Assembly: GCA_045537965.1 (NCBI GenBank) | Contig: JAZSQL010000055.1 | Coordinates: 5,031-69,030 of the forward strand | Length of the DNA stretch: 64,000 nucleotides | Source of the DNA: Alphaproteobacteria bacterium | GTDB taxonomy: Bacteria; Pseudomonadota; Alphaproteobacteria; RF32; CAG-239 | Reading direction: 5' to 3' | Part shown: positions 9,124 to 18,075 of the stretch, piece by piece | Layout of the letters: each line of letters opens with the position of its first letter | Position numbering within the stretch: the stretch's first letter is position 1 | Notes under the pieces: generated by a model | Told to the model about the DNA's origin: nothing | The model's input: the letters and a program-made list of their open reading frames with translations, nothing else | The model's database searches: none | Program-made: the position numbers and the translations under genes

Positions 9124-9822
9124 ATGTACGAATTAAATAATCTTGATATTATCATTTTGTTTATTGTAGCTATTTCATCTTTAATAGCTCTAAATCGTGG
9201 CTTAATAAAGGAAGTATTATCTATTGTTGGTTGGATTTTAGCAACAATGTCTATAATTTATCTACTTCCTATTTGCCTACCATTTACCAAAAAGTTTGTA
9301 TCTAGTGGAATTGGTGCTGGAATACTAACAGCATTATGTATATTTATTTTATTTTTTATCATTTGGATTTATTCAACAAGTGCTGTAATCGGTAAAATAC
9401 GAACAAGCAAATTAAATGGATTAGATAGATTGCTTGGATTGTTTTTTGGTGTTATGAGAGCTTTCTTGCTAATTGTTCTTTTTAATATAATGGTTAATTG
9501 GATAATTCCTGAAGATAAACAATCTGAAATACTAACAGAATCAAAATACTTTAAATTAGCAGGATCTTTTGCTAAACCTATAGAAGATTTGATTCCAGAA
9601 GAAACGATAAAGCTTATAAAAGAACGAACAACTAATGTAGACAATAAGAAAGATGAAAAAAATAATTACAAAAGAGATGAAACTCTAGAGTTATTCGAAA
9701 AATTAGCTCAACCTAAAATAAGAAAATCAACAAATGAAACTATAAAAGCTCAAGAAAGCGTTCATGGGTATAAGGAATCAGAAAGAGAAGATCTTGAGCG
9801 ACTCATAAATAGTGTTAATTAA
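9124..9822 (+). CDS. cvpA: CvpA-family membrane protein
   Basis: Four hydrophobic helices with the N-terminal NxLDIIILFIV pattern typical of CvpA. Follows radA, as in many proteobacteria. Confidence 0.7.
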   Translation: MYELNNLDIIILFIVAISSLIALNRGLIKEVLSIVGWILATMSIIYLLPICLPFTKKFVSSGIGAGILTALCIFILFFIIWIYSTSAVIGKIRTSKLNGLDRLLGLFFGVMRAFLLIVLFNIMVNWIIPEDKQSEILTESKYFKLAGSFAKPIEDLIPEETIKLIKERTTNVDNKKDEKNNYKRDETLELFEKLAQPKIRKSTNETIKAQESVHGYKESEREDLERLINSVN

Positions 9823-9825
9823 TTG

Positions 9826-10362
9826 CTATCTTGTTTTTATATCTCGTTCCATCATTCTTTTACGTGTTTTAAATAATTCAAATTCTTTTTGATTTTGCTT
9901 GCGTTTTTCTCTTTCTTCAGGTGTTTCACGATAGTTTGCTTTAGCGTCTCTCAAAGTGGTTAAGCGATTTATTAAATCTTTTTGAGATAGACCTGTTGTA
10001 TTATTTTTTAGAAAACTAAAAATTTTTTTAGGTGTAAAAATTCCTTGCAAGTCTGTTATTTTCAACAAGCTTTCACTAGCAATAATTTTATTTAATTCAA
10101 CATCTAAAGCTTCTTCTATATCGTCATCGTCATCAAGATTTTCTTTTATTATTTTAACCAAAAATCCCTTGAAAAGCTTATTGACTAATTTTAAGAAATT
10201 TTTATTTGTAACGGTATCATTTTTAGATGCATTCATAAGTGCAAACAACAACAAGTTTTTTAAATATTTTTTTTGTTGCCTACTAAGGTTAATATTTCCT
10301 TCTATACCTTTTTTTGCAAGCTCTAAAATAAACTCTCTTTCTTTTATAAAATCATTACTCAT
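9826..10362 (-). CDS. hypothetical Lys/Asp-rich protein
   Basis: 178-aa ORF, 3 nt downstream of rppH on the same strand. It has an acidic DDDDDIEE stretch and a basic C-terminus, and I recognise no family. Confidence 0.5.
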   Translation of the reverse strand: MSNDFIKEREFILELAKKGIEGNINLSRQQKKYLKNLLLFALMNASKNDTVTNKNFLKLVNKLFKGFLVKIIKENLDDDDDIEEALDVELNKIIASESLLKITDLQGIFTPKKIFSFLKNNTTGLSQKDLINRLTTLRDAKANYRETPEEREKRKQNQKEFELFKTRKRMMERDIKTR

Positions 10363-10365
10363 TTT

Positions 10366-10833
10366 TTATCCCCTTATAATCGGAGAAAAATATTCTGCAA
10401 CTTTTGTATAAACGTCTCTTTTAAATGCAACAATTCTTTTAGGAGCTTCACTTATTTCGACCCATTCAAATTTTTTAAACTCTATACATTTTGGATCAAT
10501 TTCAAAGTTTATATCACTATCTTTACCAAAAAATTCAAATAAAACCCAATTTTGTTCCTGTCCAACATAAGGGAGATAACAATGTTTTTTATTACCAACA
10601 GGAAAATCATATCGCAAAGGGAACGGAATTCGTGCTACAAATTTTACATTTTTTATTCCTGTTTCTTCCCATAATTCTCTTTTAGCAGCCTTTACAATAT
10701 CTTCACCTTCCTCGATTCCTCCTTGAGGAAATTGCCAATGCAAATCATCAAAATCTGCTCTAGCACACATTAATACTTTTTTATTTTTGCAGACAACTAC
10801 TCCAACATTTTTTCTATATAGTTTCTGTATCAT
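10366..10833 (-). CDS. rppH: RNA pyrophosphohydrolase RppH (Nudix)
   Basis: Nudix box GGIEEGEDIVKAAKRELWEETGI. Position downstream of the ctpA/yibQ block. Confidence 0.8.
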   Translation of the reverse strand: MIQKLYRKNVGVVVCKNKKVLMCARADFDDLHWQFPQGGIEEGEDIVKAAKRELWEETGIKNVKFVARIPFPLRYDFPVGNKKHCYLPYVGQEQNWVLFEFFGKDSDINFEIDPKCIEFKKFEWVEISEAPKRIVAFKRDVYTKVAEYFSPIIRG

Positions 10834-12023
10834 TCAACCACCAAATTTGAAACGGGAACTAAAGCAAAAGGTTTTGTTATATCTATATTTCGAGCCTCTT
10901 CATATGAAACCTGAGGGGAAAAAGAGGCAATCCACTTATATAAAGCGATAATAATTACTGGCTTTGGATCTGCAACAATTAACACTTGCCCCCTATCAAA
11001 AGCTATGTTTTCCGCTTTTTTAAACAAATCTTCTAAATTATCTTTGTGAGTATCTCTGTTTATGACAATATCTGCTTTTTTTCTTGCAAGACCTTTAATA
11101 TCTGTATTTTCAACTGTAGAACTATTTGTAGCATCAACAATCAAAAGCCCTCTATTTTTTGCTTCTAAAAGCAATATCTCTAAAATTTTTTTATTAGAAT
11201 CGTCAGCTATTCCATCTCTTATAATTATACCACCAATAGGATGAGGAACAGCAATGGTTCTATTAAATCTATCAACAGAAGCCTCGTTTGTTAGATTAGG
11301 TGTTATTGACATTGGTCCAGAGTCCTCTTTCAAAAAATCTTTTGAGGACAACAGTAAATCAACATAAGTTTCATGAGCGTTTTCTCTAGCAACATTTACT
11401 ATTTCAGTATAATTTGGTGCATAAGGGCTAAAACTCATAGATATCTCAGAATCAAAAACTTTAGCTATTTTGTTTGATGTTTTAGGATCTAAACCAAGTC
11501 CTGCAATAACAATAGCAATTTTTTTAAAGTTAGGTTGAATCTTAATAGATTTACCATACTCTATCCATGGTTTGCGACCATCTTCAGAAATTTTTGGTAA
11601 AAATAATCCTTTTTGTTTTTCAACCAGTTTTTCATCAATATAAATATTTTCTAATTCATAAGTAGGGTTTTTGTTCGGTAATTTAAATATATTAGGTATT
11701 TCAGCTAAAAGATCTGTAACGGAAAACATATCTTCCTCAACATTTGGCAAAAAAGTTTTTTCTTCAGTAACAGCATCAACAAAAATTTCTTTAATTTCAT
11801 TTCTGCTTTTTGCAACTAGTTTGTCAGGAAGAGTCAAAACGAACTTTGGCGCCTTGTTATCTTTATCAAACATCAAACGATCAATTTTAGAGAGATAAGC
11901 TGGTTCACTTTTTTCTTCAGCAAACCACCAACCTATCCCAAAAATAAAAGCAATAATAACTAAAAACGCTGTTATAAGCTTATCATATTTTTCTAAATTT
12001 TCGCGCAATATAAAAATCCTCAC
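10830..12023 (-). CDS. divergent polysaccharide deacetylase family protein (YibQ-like)
   Basis: N-terminal TM helix and a C-terminal YibQ-like domain (IAIVIAGLG ... HETYVDLLL). Conserved synteny with ctpA and the envC-like gene. Confidence 0.7.
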   Translation of the reverse strand: MRIFILRENLEKYDKLITAFLVIIAFIFGIGWWFAEEKSEPAYLSKIDRLMFDKDNKAPKFVLTLPDKLVAKSRNEIKEIFVDAVTEEKTFLPNVEEDMFSVTDLLAEIPNIFKLPNKNPTYELENIYIDEKLVEKQKGLFLPKISEDGRKPWIEYGKSIKIQPNFKKIAIVIAGLGLDPKTSNKIAKVFDSEISMSFSPYAPNYTEIVNVARENAHETYVDLLLSSKDFLKEDSGPMSITPNLTNEASVDRFNRTIAVPHPIGGIIIRDGIADDSNKKILEILLLEAKNRGLLIVDATNSSTVENTDIKGLARKKADIVINRDTHKDNLEDLFKKAENIAFDRGQVLIVADPKPVIIIALYKWIASFSPQVSYEEARNIDITKPFALVPVSNLVVE

Positions 12024-13303
12024 TTTGTTGTTTTATAAACACTCAGTGCTTTTACCAAATCAACAGCTCTTAAAAGTTGATAATCTTTACGCCAATCTTT
12101 TTCATCTTTATTACTGCCTTCTTTTTCGTGTTTATCTTTACTAACTGTATCATTTTTCAGAGCATTAGTATATTCAGCTTCGCTAAAACCATAATCATCT
12201 GTAAATTCTTCCAGTTTAGCAGGATGTATAATGATATCAGGCTCAATACCTGTTGCTTGAATAGAGCGGCCAGATGGTGTATAATATTTTGCAGTTGTTA
12301 GACGCATAGCTCCATAGTCACCTAAAGGAACAACAGTTTGTACACTTCCTTTACCAAAAGATTTTTCTCCAACAATGACTGCACGCTTATGATCTTGTAG
12401 AGCTCCAGCAACAATTTCTGATGCAGATGCTGATCCGTTATTGATGATAATAACAATCGGCAAACCATTGGTTATATCACTTCCTTTAGCAGAATATCTT
12501 AAAGTATCTTCCTCATTGCGAGCCCTTGTAGATACAACCTCTCCTTGATCCAAAAAAAGCTCTGAAACAGCAACAGCCTGGTCAAGCAGACCACCAGGAT
12601 TATTTCTAACATCCAAAACAATGCCTTTAAGAGGTATTTTGCGATTCTTAGTCTCTTTTTCAAATGCCTTTTTTATATCTTTATCTACATCTTCTGAAAA
12701 AGATCCTATTCTTATATACATAACATCTTTATCTTTTATTTCTGTTTTAACAGAACGTGTTTTAATTTCTTCTCTTTTCAATGTTACTTCAAAAGGTTTT
12801 TCGTTTACTCGTCTAATGGTCAATTTTACCTTAGTTCCAGGCTTTCCGCGCATTTTATCAACAGCTTCGTTTAAAGTCATACCTATTATAGTTTCACCAT
12901 CAATATTTGTTATATAATCACCAGGTTTTAACCCCGCCTTAAAAGCTGGAGTATCATCAATAGGTGATACAATTTTAACAACACCTTGCTCCATAGTTAT
13001 CTCTATTCCCAAGCCCCCAAATTTACCACTTGTTTGTTCATTCATGTATTTGAAATCTTTAGCGTCAAGATAGCTTGAGTGAGGATCTAACGACACCAAC
13101 ATACCATTTATAGCTGCCTCAATAAGTTTTTTATCAGTCACTTCTTCAACATAAGTCGCTTTAGCTCTTTCCATAACTTCTCCAAAAAGATTTAAAAGCT
13201 CATAAGAATTAAATTCTTCCTTTTGCTCTTCATTTATTTTTGCAAAAGAATTTGATGCAATTAAAGCAACAGTAAAACCTACCAACAAAAAATTTTTTAA
13301 CAT
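12020..13303 (-). CDS. ctpA: carboxy-terminal processing protease (S41)
   Basis: PDZ domain plus the S41 motifs GSASASEI and KSFGKGSVQ. I chose the ATG at 13303, which has an AAGGAA RBS and a signal peptide (MLKNFLLVGFTVALIASNSFA). Confidence 0.9.
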   Translation of the reverse strand: MLKNFLLVGFTVALIASNSFAKINEEQKEEFNSYELLNLFGEVMERAKATYVEEVTDKKLIEAAINGMLVSLDPHSSYLDAKDFKYMNEQTSGKFGGLGIEITMEQGVVKIVSPIDDTPAFKAGLKPGDYITNIDGETIIGMTLNEAVDKMRGKPGTKVKLTIRRVNEKPFEVTLKREEIKTRSVKTEIKDKDVMYIRIGSFSEDVDKDIKKAFEKETKNRKIPLKGIVLDVRNNPGGLLDQAVAVSELFLDQGEVVSTRARNEEDTLRYSAKGSDITNGLPIVIIINNGSASASEIVAGALQDHKRAVIVGEKSFGKGSVQTVVPLGDYGAMRLTTAKYYTPSGRSIQATGIEPDIIIHPAKLEEFTDDYGFSEAEYTNALKNDTVSKDKHEKEGSNKDEKDWRKDYQLLRAVDLVKALSVYKTTK

Positions 13304-13319
13304 ATCTAATTCCTTAAAA

Positions 13320-14534
13320 TTAAATTTTAAACCAAGCAACAGGGTTTATAGGGTGGTTATCTTTACGAATCTCAACATACAATTCAGGATTTTCTGCTGA
13401 CATTCTTCCAATGGGTTCTCCTGCCAAAAGCATTTGTCCTAATTCAACATCAATATTTCCTAACCCTGCTAACAAAGATAAATAACCATCGCTGTGTTCA
13501 ATTATTATCATTTCACCATACCCTCTAAATGATCCTGCAAAAATAACCGTCCCATCAAAAGGCGAAATCACTTGTGCAAGGTTTCTCGTTGCAATGGTAA
13601 TGCCTTTAGCGGACACCCCTTTTACCTTTTGTTCCCCATATCTAGTGATTATTTGTCCTCTTGCGGGTATAGGAAGACTCCCTTTTGCTTTTGCAAAACC
13701 AGATGCTATATTTGTTATAGCGGCACTTTCCTTTTTTATCAAGCCACTAGATTGTTTTTCCTCCAACTTTCTTTTTTCATTTTCTATTCTCTTCCTTTCT
13801 GTTTCTTTACGCTCTTTTTCAAGTTTTCCCAATAAATCTCTCAAATCTTGAGCTTGAGACGCAAGTTTATCAACATTCTTTTTAGCTTTTTCGCTTTTTA
13901 TCTCAACCATATTTCGGAGATTAGACTTGTATTTTACTAATTTTTGAATATGGCTATACTCATTTTGTAACACTATTTTTTGTTTAGAAATTTCAGATAG
14001 TTGTTTTTCTATCTTATTTTTTTTGTTTTCAATATTATGTAGTTTTTCTCTTATTTTATCTGCATTTTTCTCCAAATAAGGAACTGTTTCACGCAACACC
14101 ATAGCACTACGAATAATATCAACAGGACTTAATGGTTGTACTAGCAGAGATTCTGTTGGTTTTAAAGCCAAATTTTGTAAAGCTGCAAGTGTTTTTACTA
14201 AATGACGATCTTCAACGTTAAACCATTTTTGTGTTTCATCTAAGTCCTTTTTTAAAACCTCTAATTGTTTCTCCATATCAGATAGTTTATCTTCATTATT
14301 TTGAATCTGTTTAGCAGCCTTTATCATTTTTCGACTAACCTCAGACAATTCCAAAGATATTTGAGTTGCCTGTGCTTGTAATTTTTTATGCTCCATACTT
14401 TCCTGAAAAACTTTTTCTTCCACTTTTTCAAGCTCTTCATTAGATAAAGCAGCGCTAATAGCAGCAGAACCGAAATAGCAATTTAAAGCTACTGCTGTTA
14501 ATACACTATATTTAAGAGGCTTGATAAAGTACAT
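13320..14534 (-). CDS. M23/LytM-domain murein hydrolase activator (EnvC-like)
   Basis: Signal peptide, a long coiled coil, and a C-terminal LytM domain (GITIAT...PFDGTVIFAG...GEMIIIEH). Confidence 0.75.
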   Translation of the reverse strand: MYFIKPLKYSVLTAVALNCYFGSAAISAALSNEELEKVEEKVFQESMEHKKLQAQATQISLELSEVSRKMIKAAKQIQNNEDKLSDMEKQLEVLKKDLDETQKWFNVEDRHLVKTLAALQNLALKPTESLLVQPLSPVDIIRSAMVLRETVPYLEKNADKIREKLHNIENKKNKIEKQLSEISKQKIVLQNEYSHIQKLVKYKSNLRNMVEIKSEKAKKNVDKLASQAQDLRDLLGKLEKERKETERKRIENEKRKLEEKQSSGLIKKESAAITNIASGFAKAKGSLPIPARGQIITRYGEQKVKGVSAKGITIATRNLAQVISPFDGTVIFAGSFRGYGEMIIIEHSDGYLSLLAGLGNIDVELGQMLLAGEPIGRMSAENPELYVEIRKDNHPINPVAWFKI

Positions 14535-14536
14535 TT

Positions 14537-16069
14537 CTACCTTTTTAGTAATGAAACTCCAGTCATTTCAAGAGGTTGCTTAATTTTCAACAAATCAAGC
14601 ATTGTTGGAGCTATATCTGCAAGTCTTCCATCAACCATATTTTTTACACCGCTTTTATCATTAACTAAAATAGCTTGTACTTTACCAACAGTATGAGCTG
14701 TATAAGGTTGTCCTGTTTTTTCATCAACCATTTTTTCGGCATTTCCATGATCTGCTGTTACTATTAAAACACCACCAACTTTTTTTATAGCTTCTTCAAC
14801 CTGTTTTAAGCACTCATCGACCGCTTTTACAGCCTTTAATGCGGCACTCATTATGCCAGTGTGTCCAACCATATCCCCATTTGCAAAGTTGCAAATTATA
14901 ACATCAAATTTTTTATTTTCTATAGCTTTTACTAGCTGATCTGTAACTTCATAAACACTCATTTCTGGTTTTAAATCATAAGTTGCGACCTTGGGGCTTG
15001 CAACAAGAATACGCTCTTCTCCTTCAAACTCTTTTTCTTCTCCCCCATTAAAAAAGAATGTAACGTGAGCATATTTTTCTGTTTCAGCGATTCGCAACTG
15101 CGTTAAGCCGTTTTTAGCAACAACTTCACCCAAAATGTTTGTTAATTGTTCTGGAGGAAAGATTGTTTCCATAAAGCGATTGTGGTCCACAGAATACTCT
15201 GTCATACCTACAGCATGGGATAGTTTTAACGTTTTTTTACGTTCAAAGCCATCAAAATTAGTATCTGCTAGAGCATACAGAATTTCACGCGCTCTATCAG
15301 CCCTAAAGTTTGCCATTAAAACAGCATCACCGTCTTGTATACCATTATAATCATCTATAACAGCAGGCAAAACAAACTCATCAGTTATTCCTTCGGCATA
15401 AGATGCTTTTATAGCATCACCAGAAGATGCAAAACGTTTGCCATCTGCTAAAACAATATTGTTATATGCTAATTCAACTCTGTCCCAACGTTTATCTCTA
15501 TCCATAGCATAAAAACGACCTTCAATAGTTGCTATTTTAATGTCTTTAAACTCTGCTATATCATTTTCAAACTGTTTTAAGTAATCTATGGCTGAAGAAG
15601 GAGGAGTGTCTCTTCCATCTAAAAAAGCATGAACTCTAACCTTAATCCCCTCAGAAGACATTATTTTGCATAGAGCTAAAATGTGATTTTGCATTGAATG
15701 AACACCACCAGGAGACATCAATCCCATTAGATGGCAAGTCTTATTATTTTTCTTCAAATCTTCAGTCATCTTAAGTAAAACAGGGTTTTTAGCCAGTGTT
15801 TCATCTTTAATAGCTGCATCAATTTTAGGTAAGTCTTGCATAACAACTCTACCAGCTCCCAAATTAGTATGCCCTACTTCAGAATTTCCCATCTGTCCCT
15901 CAGGTAAACCAACAGCCAAACCAGATGTTTCTATAAAGCAATGAGGATATTCTTTGAGTAGACGATGCCAATTTGGTGTTTCTCCGTTTTCAATAGCATT
16001 ATCTGGTGTATTTTTATCTCTATAGCCCCAACCATCTAAAATAAGTAACATTACAGGTTTTTGAGTCAT
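14537..16069 (-). CDS. gpmI: 2,3-bisphosphoglycerate-independent phosphoglycerate mutase
   Basis: LLILDGWG, NSEVGHTNLGAGR and TADHGNAE motifs over the full 510 aa. Confidence 0.95.
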   Translation of the reverse strand: MTQKPVMLLILDGWGYRDKNTPDNAIENGETPNWHRLLKEYPHCFIETSGLAVGLPEGQMGNSEVGHTNLGAGRVVMQDLPKIDAAIKDETLAKNPVLLKMTEDLKKNNKTCHLMGLMSPGGVHSMQNHILALCKIMSSEGIKVRVHAFLDGRDTPPSSAIDYLKQFENDIAEFKDIKIATIEGRFYAMDRDKRWDRVELAYNNIVLADGKRFASSGDAIKASYAEGITDEFVLPAVIDDYNGIQDGDAVLMANFRADRAREILYALADTNFDGFERKKTLKLSHAVGMTEYSVDHNRFMETIFPPEQLTNILGEVVAKNGLTQLRIAETEKYAHVTFFFNGGEEKEFEGEERILVASPKVATYDLKPEMSVYEVTDQLVKAIENKKFDVIICNFANGDMVGHTGIMSAALKAVKAVDECLKQVEEAIKKVGGVLIVTADHGNAEKMVDEKTGQPYTAHTVGKVQAILVNDKSGVKNMVDGRLADIAPTMLDLLKIKQPLEMTGVSLLKR

Positions 16070-16151
16070 TATTTTTTCCTTCTGTTAATATTTATAAAAT
16101 TTTCACTATTATATATAATATTTTCTAAACGAAAAGCACTATTTATCTATT

Positions 16152-17930
16152 TTAACGCATAATTTTTTGCCAAATTTTAGCAGGTAATCCAGATCCGTAA
16201 ACCCCAATCATTGGAGAATTATCGTCATTTCCAATCCACACAGCACACACATACTTATCATCAAAACCAACAAACCAAGCGTCACGATGATCTTGGCTTG
16301 TACCTGTTTTTCCAAAAGCTTCTCTATCTATTTTTGCATATCTTCCTGTTCCACTTTGGATAACTTCTCTCATCAATTTTTTCATCAAAATAGTATGTTC
16401 TTCATTGAAAAGCGATATCTTATTAGGCTTAGTTCTCTGATATAGCTGAAAACCATCATTGGTATAAATTTCTTCAATTGTATATGGCCAAACAGCAAAG
16501 CCCCCATTAGCTATAGTTGCGTATGCTGTTGCGATATCAATCAATTTTACACCAGATGTTCCCAGAGCTAAAGAAAGATCGTGTTCTAAATGAGTTGAAA
16601 TACCAGCCTTTTTTGCTGTTTTAATAATATTTTTAATTCCAACGCTTTTTGCTAAATTTAAAGTCGCAAGATTAAGGGATTTTGCAAAAGCATTACGCAA
16701 ACTAACGTTTCCATAAATTTTTTTATCATGATTTTCTGGTCGCCAACCTTTTATTTTTATGGGTTTATCCTCAATAATATCATCAGGAGTCATGCCTTGA
16801 ATAATTGCCGTTAAATAAACAAAAGTTTTAAAGGCTGAACCAGATTGTCTAAGAGCCTGAGTTGCTCTATTAAATTGACTTTTATTATAATTAATCCCTC
16901 CAACCAAGGCTTTAATTGCTCCAGATTTATCCATAACAACAACAGCACCATTGGTAACATTAAAATCTTTTGCTTTGGTTACTTCATCTTGCAAAATTTG
17001 CGAAGCTTTTTCCTGTAAATTCTGATCCAAGGTCGTTAGCACATAAATATCACTTTCTTGTTCATCTATAAAAGACTTTACCTCGTTCAAGCTCCAATCA
17101 GCAAAATATGCTCCACGTTGGACTTTTGCTTGTTTTTCTTTTCCTATGGACATGGCAGAGGCTCTTTTCAAATCTTTTTCGGATAATAGATTGTTATCAT
17201 ACATAATCTGTAATACAACATTAGCTCTGTTAAGGGCTCTTTCTTTAGATGCTATAGGGTTATATTTAGAAGGGGCCTTAAGCATTCCAGCTAAAACAGC
17301 GCCCTCTAAAATATTCAAATCACGAGATGTTTTTTGAAAATATTTTTGAGATGCGGCTTCAATTCCATACGCTCCATTACCAAAATAAACTCTATTAAGA
17401 TAAAGGGTTAGTATTTGTTCTTTGCTAAATTTACTTTCTAGCCAAAAAGCCAACAATAATTCTTGAATTTTGCGATTTATTGTTTTTTTGTTTGTCAAAA
17501 ACAGATTTTTTGCTACTTGCTGAGTTATTGTACTTCCTCCCTGAGCATATCGCCCAGCAAAAATATTTGTTAACATTGCTCTAGTAAAAGATATGGGGTC
17601 GAAACCATAGTGGTTATAAAAGCGTTTATCTTCAGTATATACTATCGCATCAACTACATATTGTGGTAACTCTTCAGATCTGATAATTTCAGAATAAACA
17701 GTTCCAAAACTTTGTACTTCATTTCCATTTTCTGCTAAAATAGTTGTTGATGGTAATCTAGTTCTGTTTATTGCTTCGTTTATATTGGGAATTGTTAAGA
17801 TACAAAAAAATAAGTACAACAAAACAACAACCAAAAAAAATCCAATAATTTTTAAATAAATTTTTAGTTTCTTGTTTTTCTTTAGTTTTTTTCTTTTTTT
17901 AGATAGTGTCTTTTTTATTTTTTTTACCAC
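16152..17930 (-). CDS. class A penicillin-binding protein (glycosyltransferase + transpeptidase)
   Basis: GT51 motifs EDKRFYNHYGFD, GGSTITQQ and RKIQE. Transpeptidase motifs SGSAFK and KTGTS. Lys-rich N-terminus plus a TM helix. GTG start. Confidence 0.85.
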   Translation of the reverse strand: MVKKIKKTLSKKRKKLKKNKKLKIYLKIIGFFLVVVLLYLFFCILTIPNINEAINRTRLPSTTILAENGNEVQSFGTVYSEIIRSEELPQYVVDAIVYTEDKRFYNHYGFDPISFTRAMLTNIFAGRYAQGGSTITQQVAKNLFLTNKKTINRKIQELLLAFWLESKFSKEQILTLYLNRVYFGNGAYGIEAASQKYFQKTSRDLNILEGAVLAGMLKAPSKYNPIASKERALNRANVVLQIMYDNNLLSEKDLKRASAMSIGKEKQAKVQRGAYFADWSLNEVKSFIDEQESDIYVLTTLDQNLQEKASQILQDEVTKAKDFNVTNGAVVVMDKSGAIKALVGGINYNKSQFNRATQALRQSGSAFKTFVYLTAIIQGMTPDDIIEDKPIKIKGWRPENHDKKIYGNVSLRNAFAKSLNLATLNLAKSVGIKNIIKTAKKAGISTHLEHDLSLALGTSGVKLIDIATAYATIANGGFAVWPYTIEEIYTNDGFQLYQRTKPNKISLFNEEHTILMKKLMREVIQSGTGRYAKIDREAFGKTGTSQDHRDAWFVGFDDKYVCAVWIGNDDNSPMIGVYGSGLPAKIWQKIMR

Positions 17931-18075
17931 AATAAACCTCTCAAGCCAAATGTTTAAATCTAAAATAATACAAAAGATTAAATAAATTTTTAATTGGGTA
18001 AATTCTTTTTAGCTATTGGCTAAATGGCTTTTAATTTGTATATTGTAGTCAATATTTATAAACAAAGGAAATATA

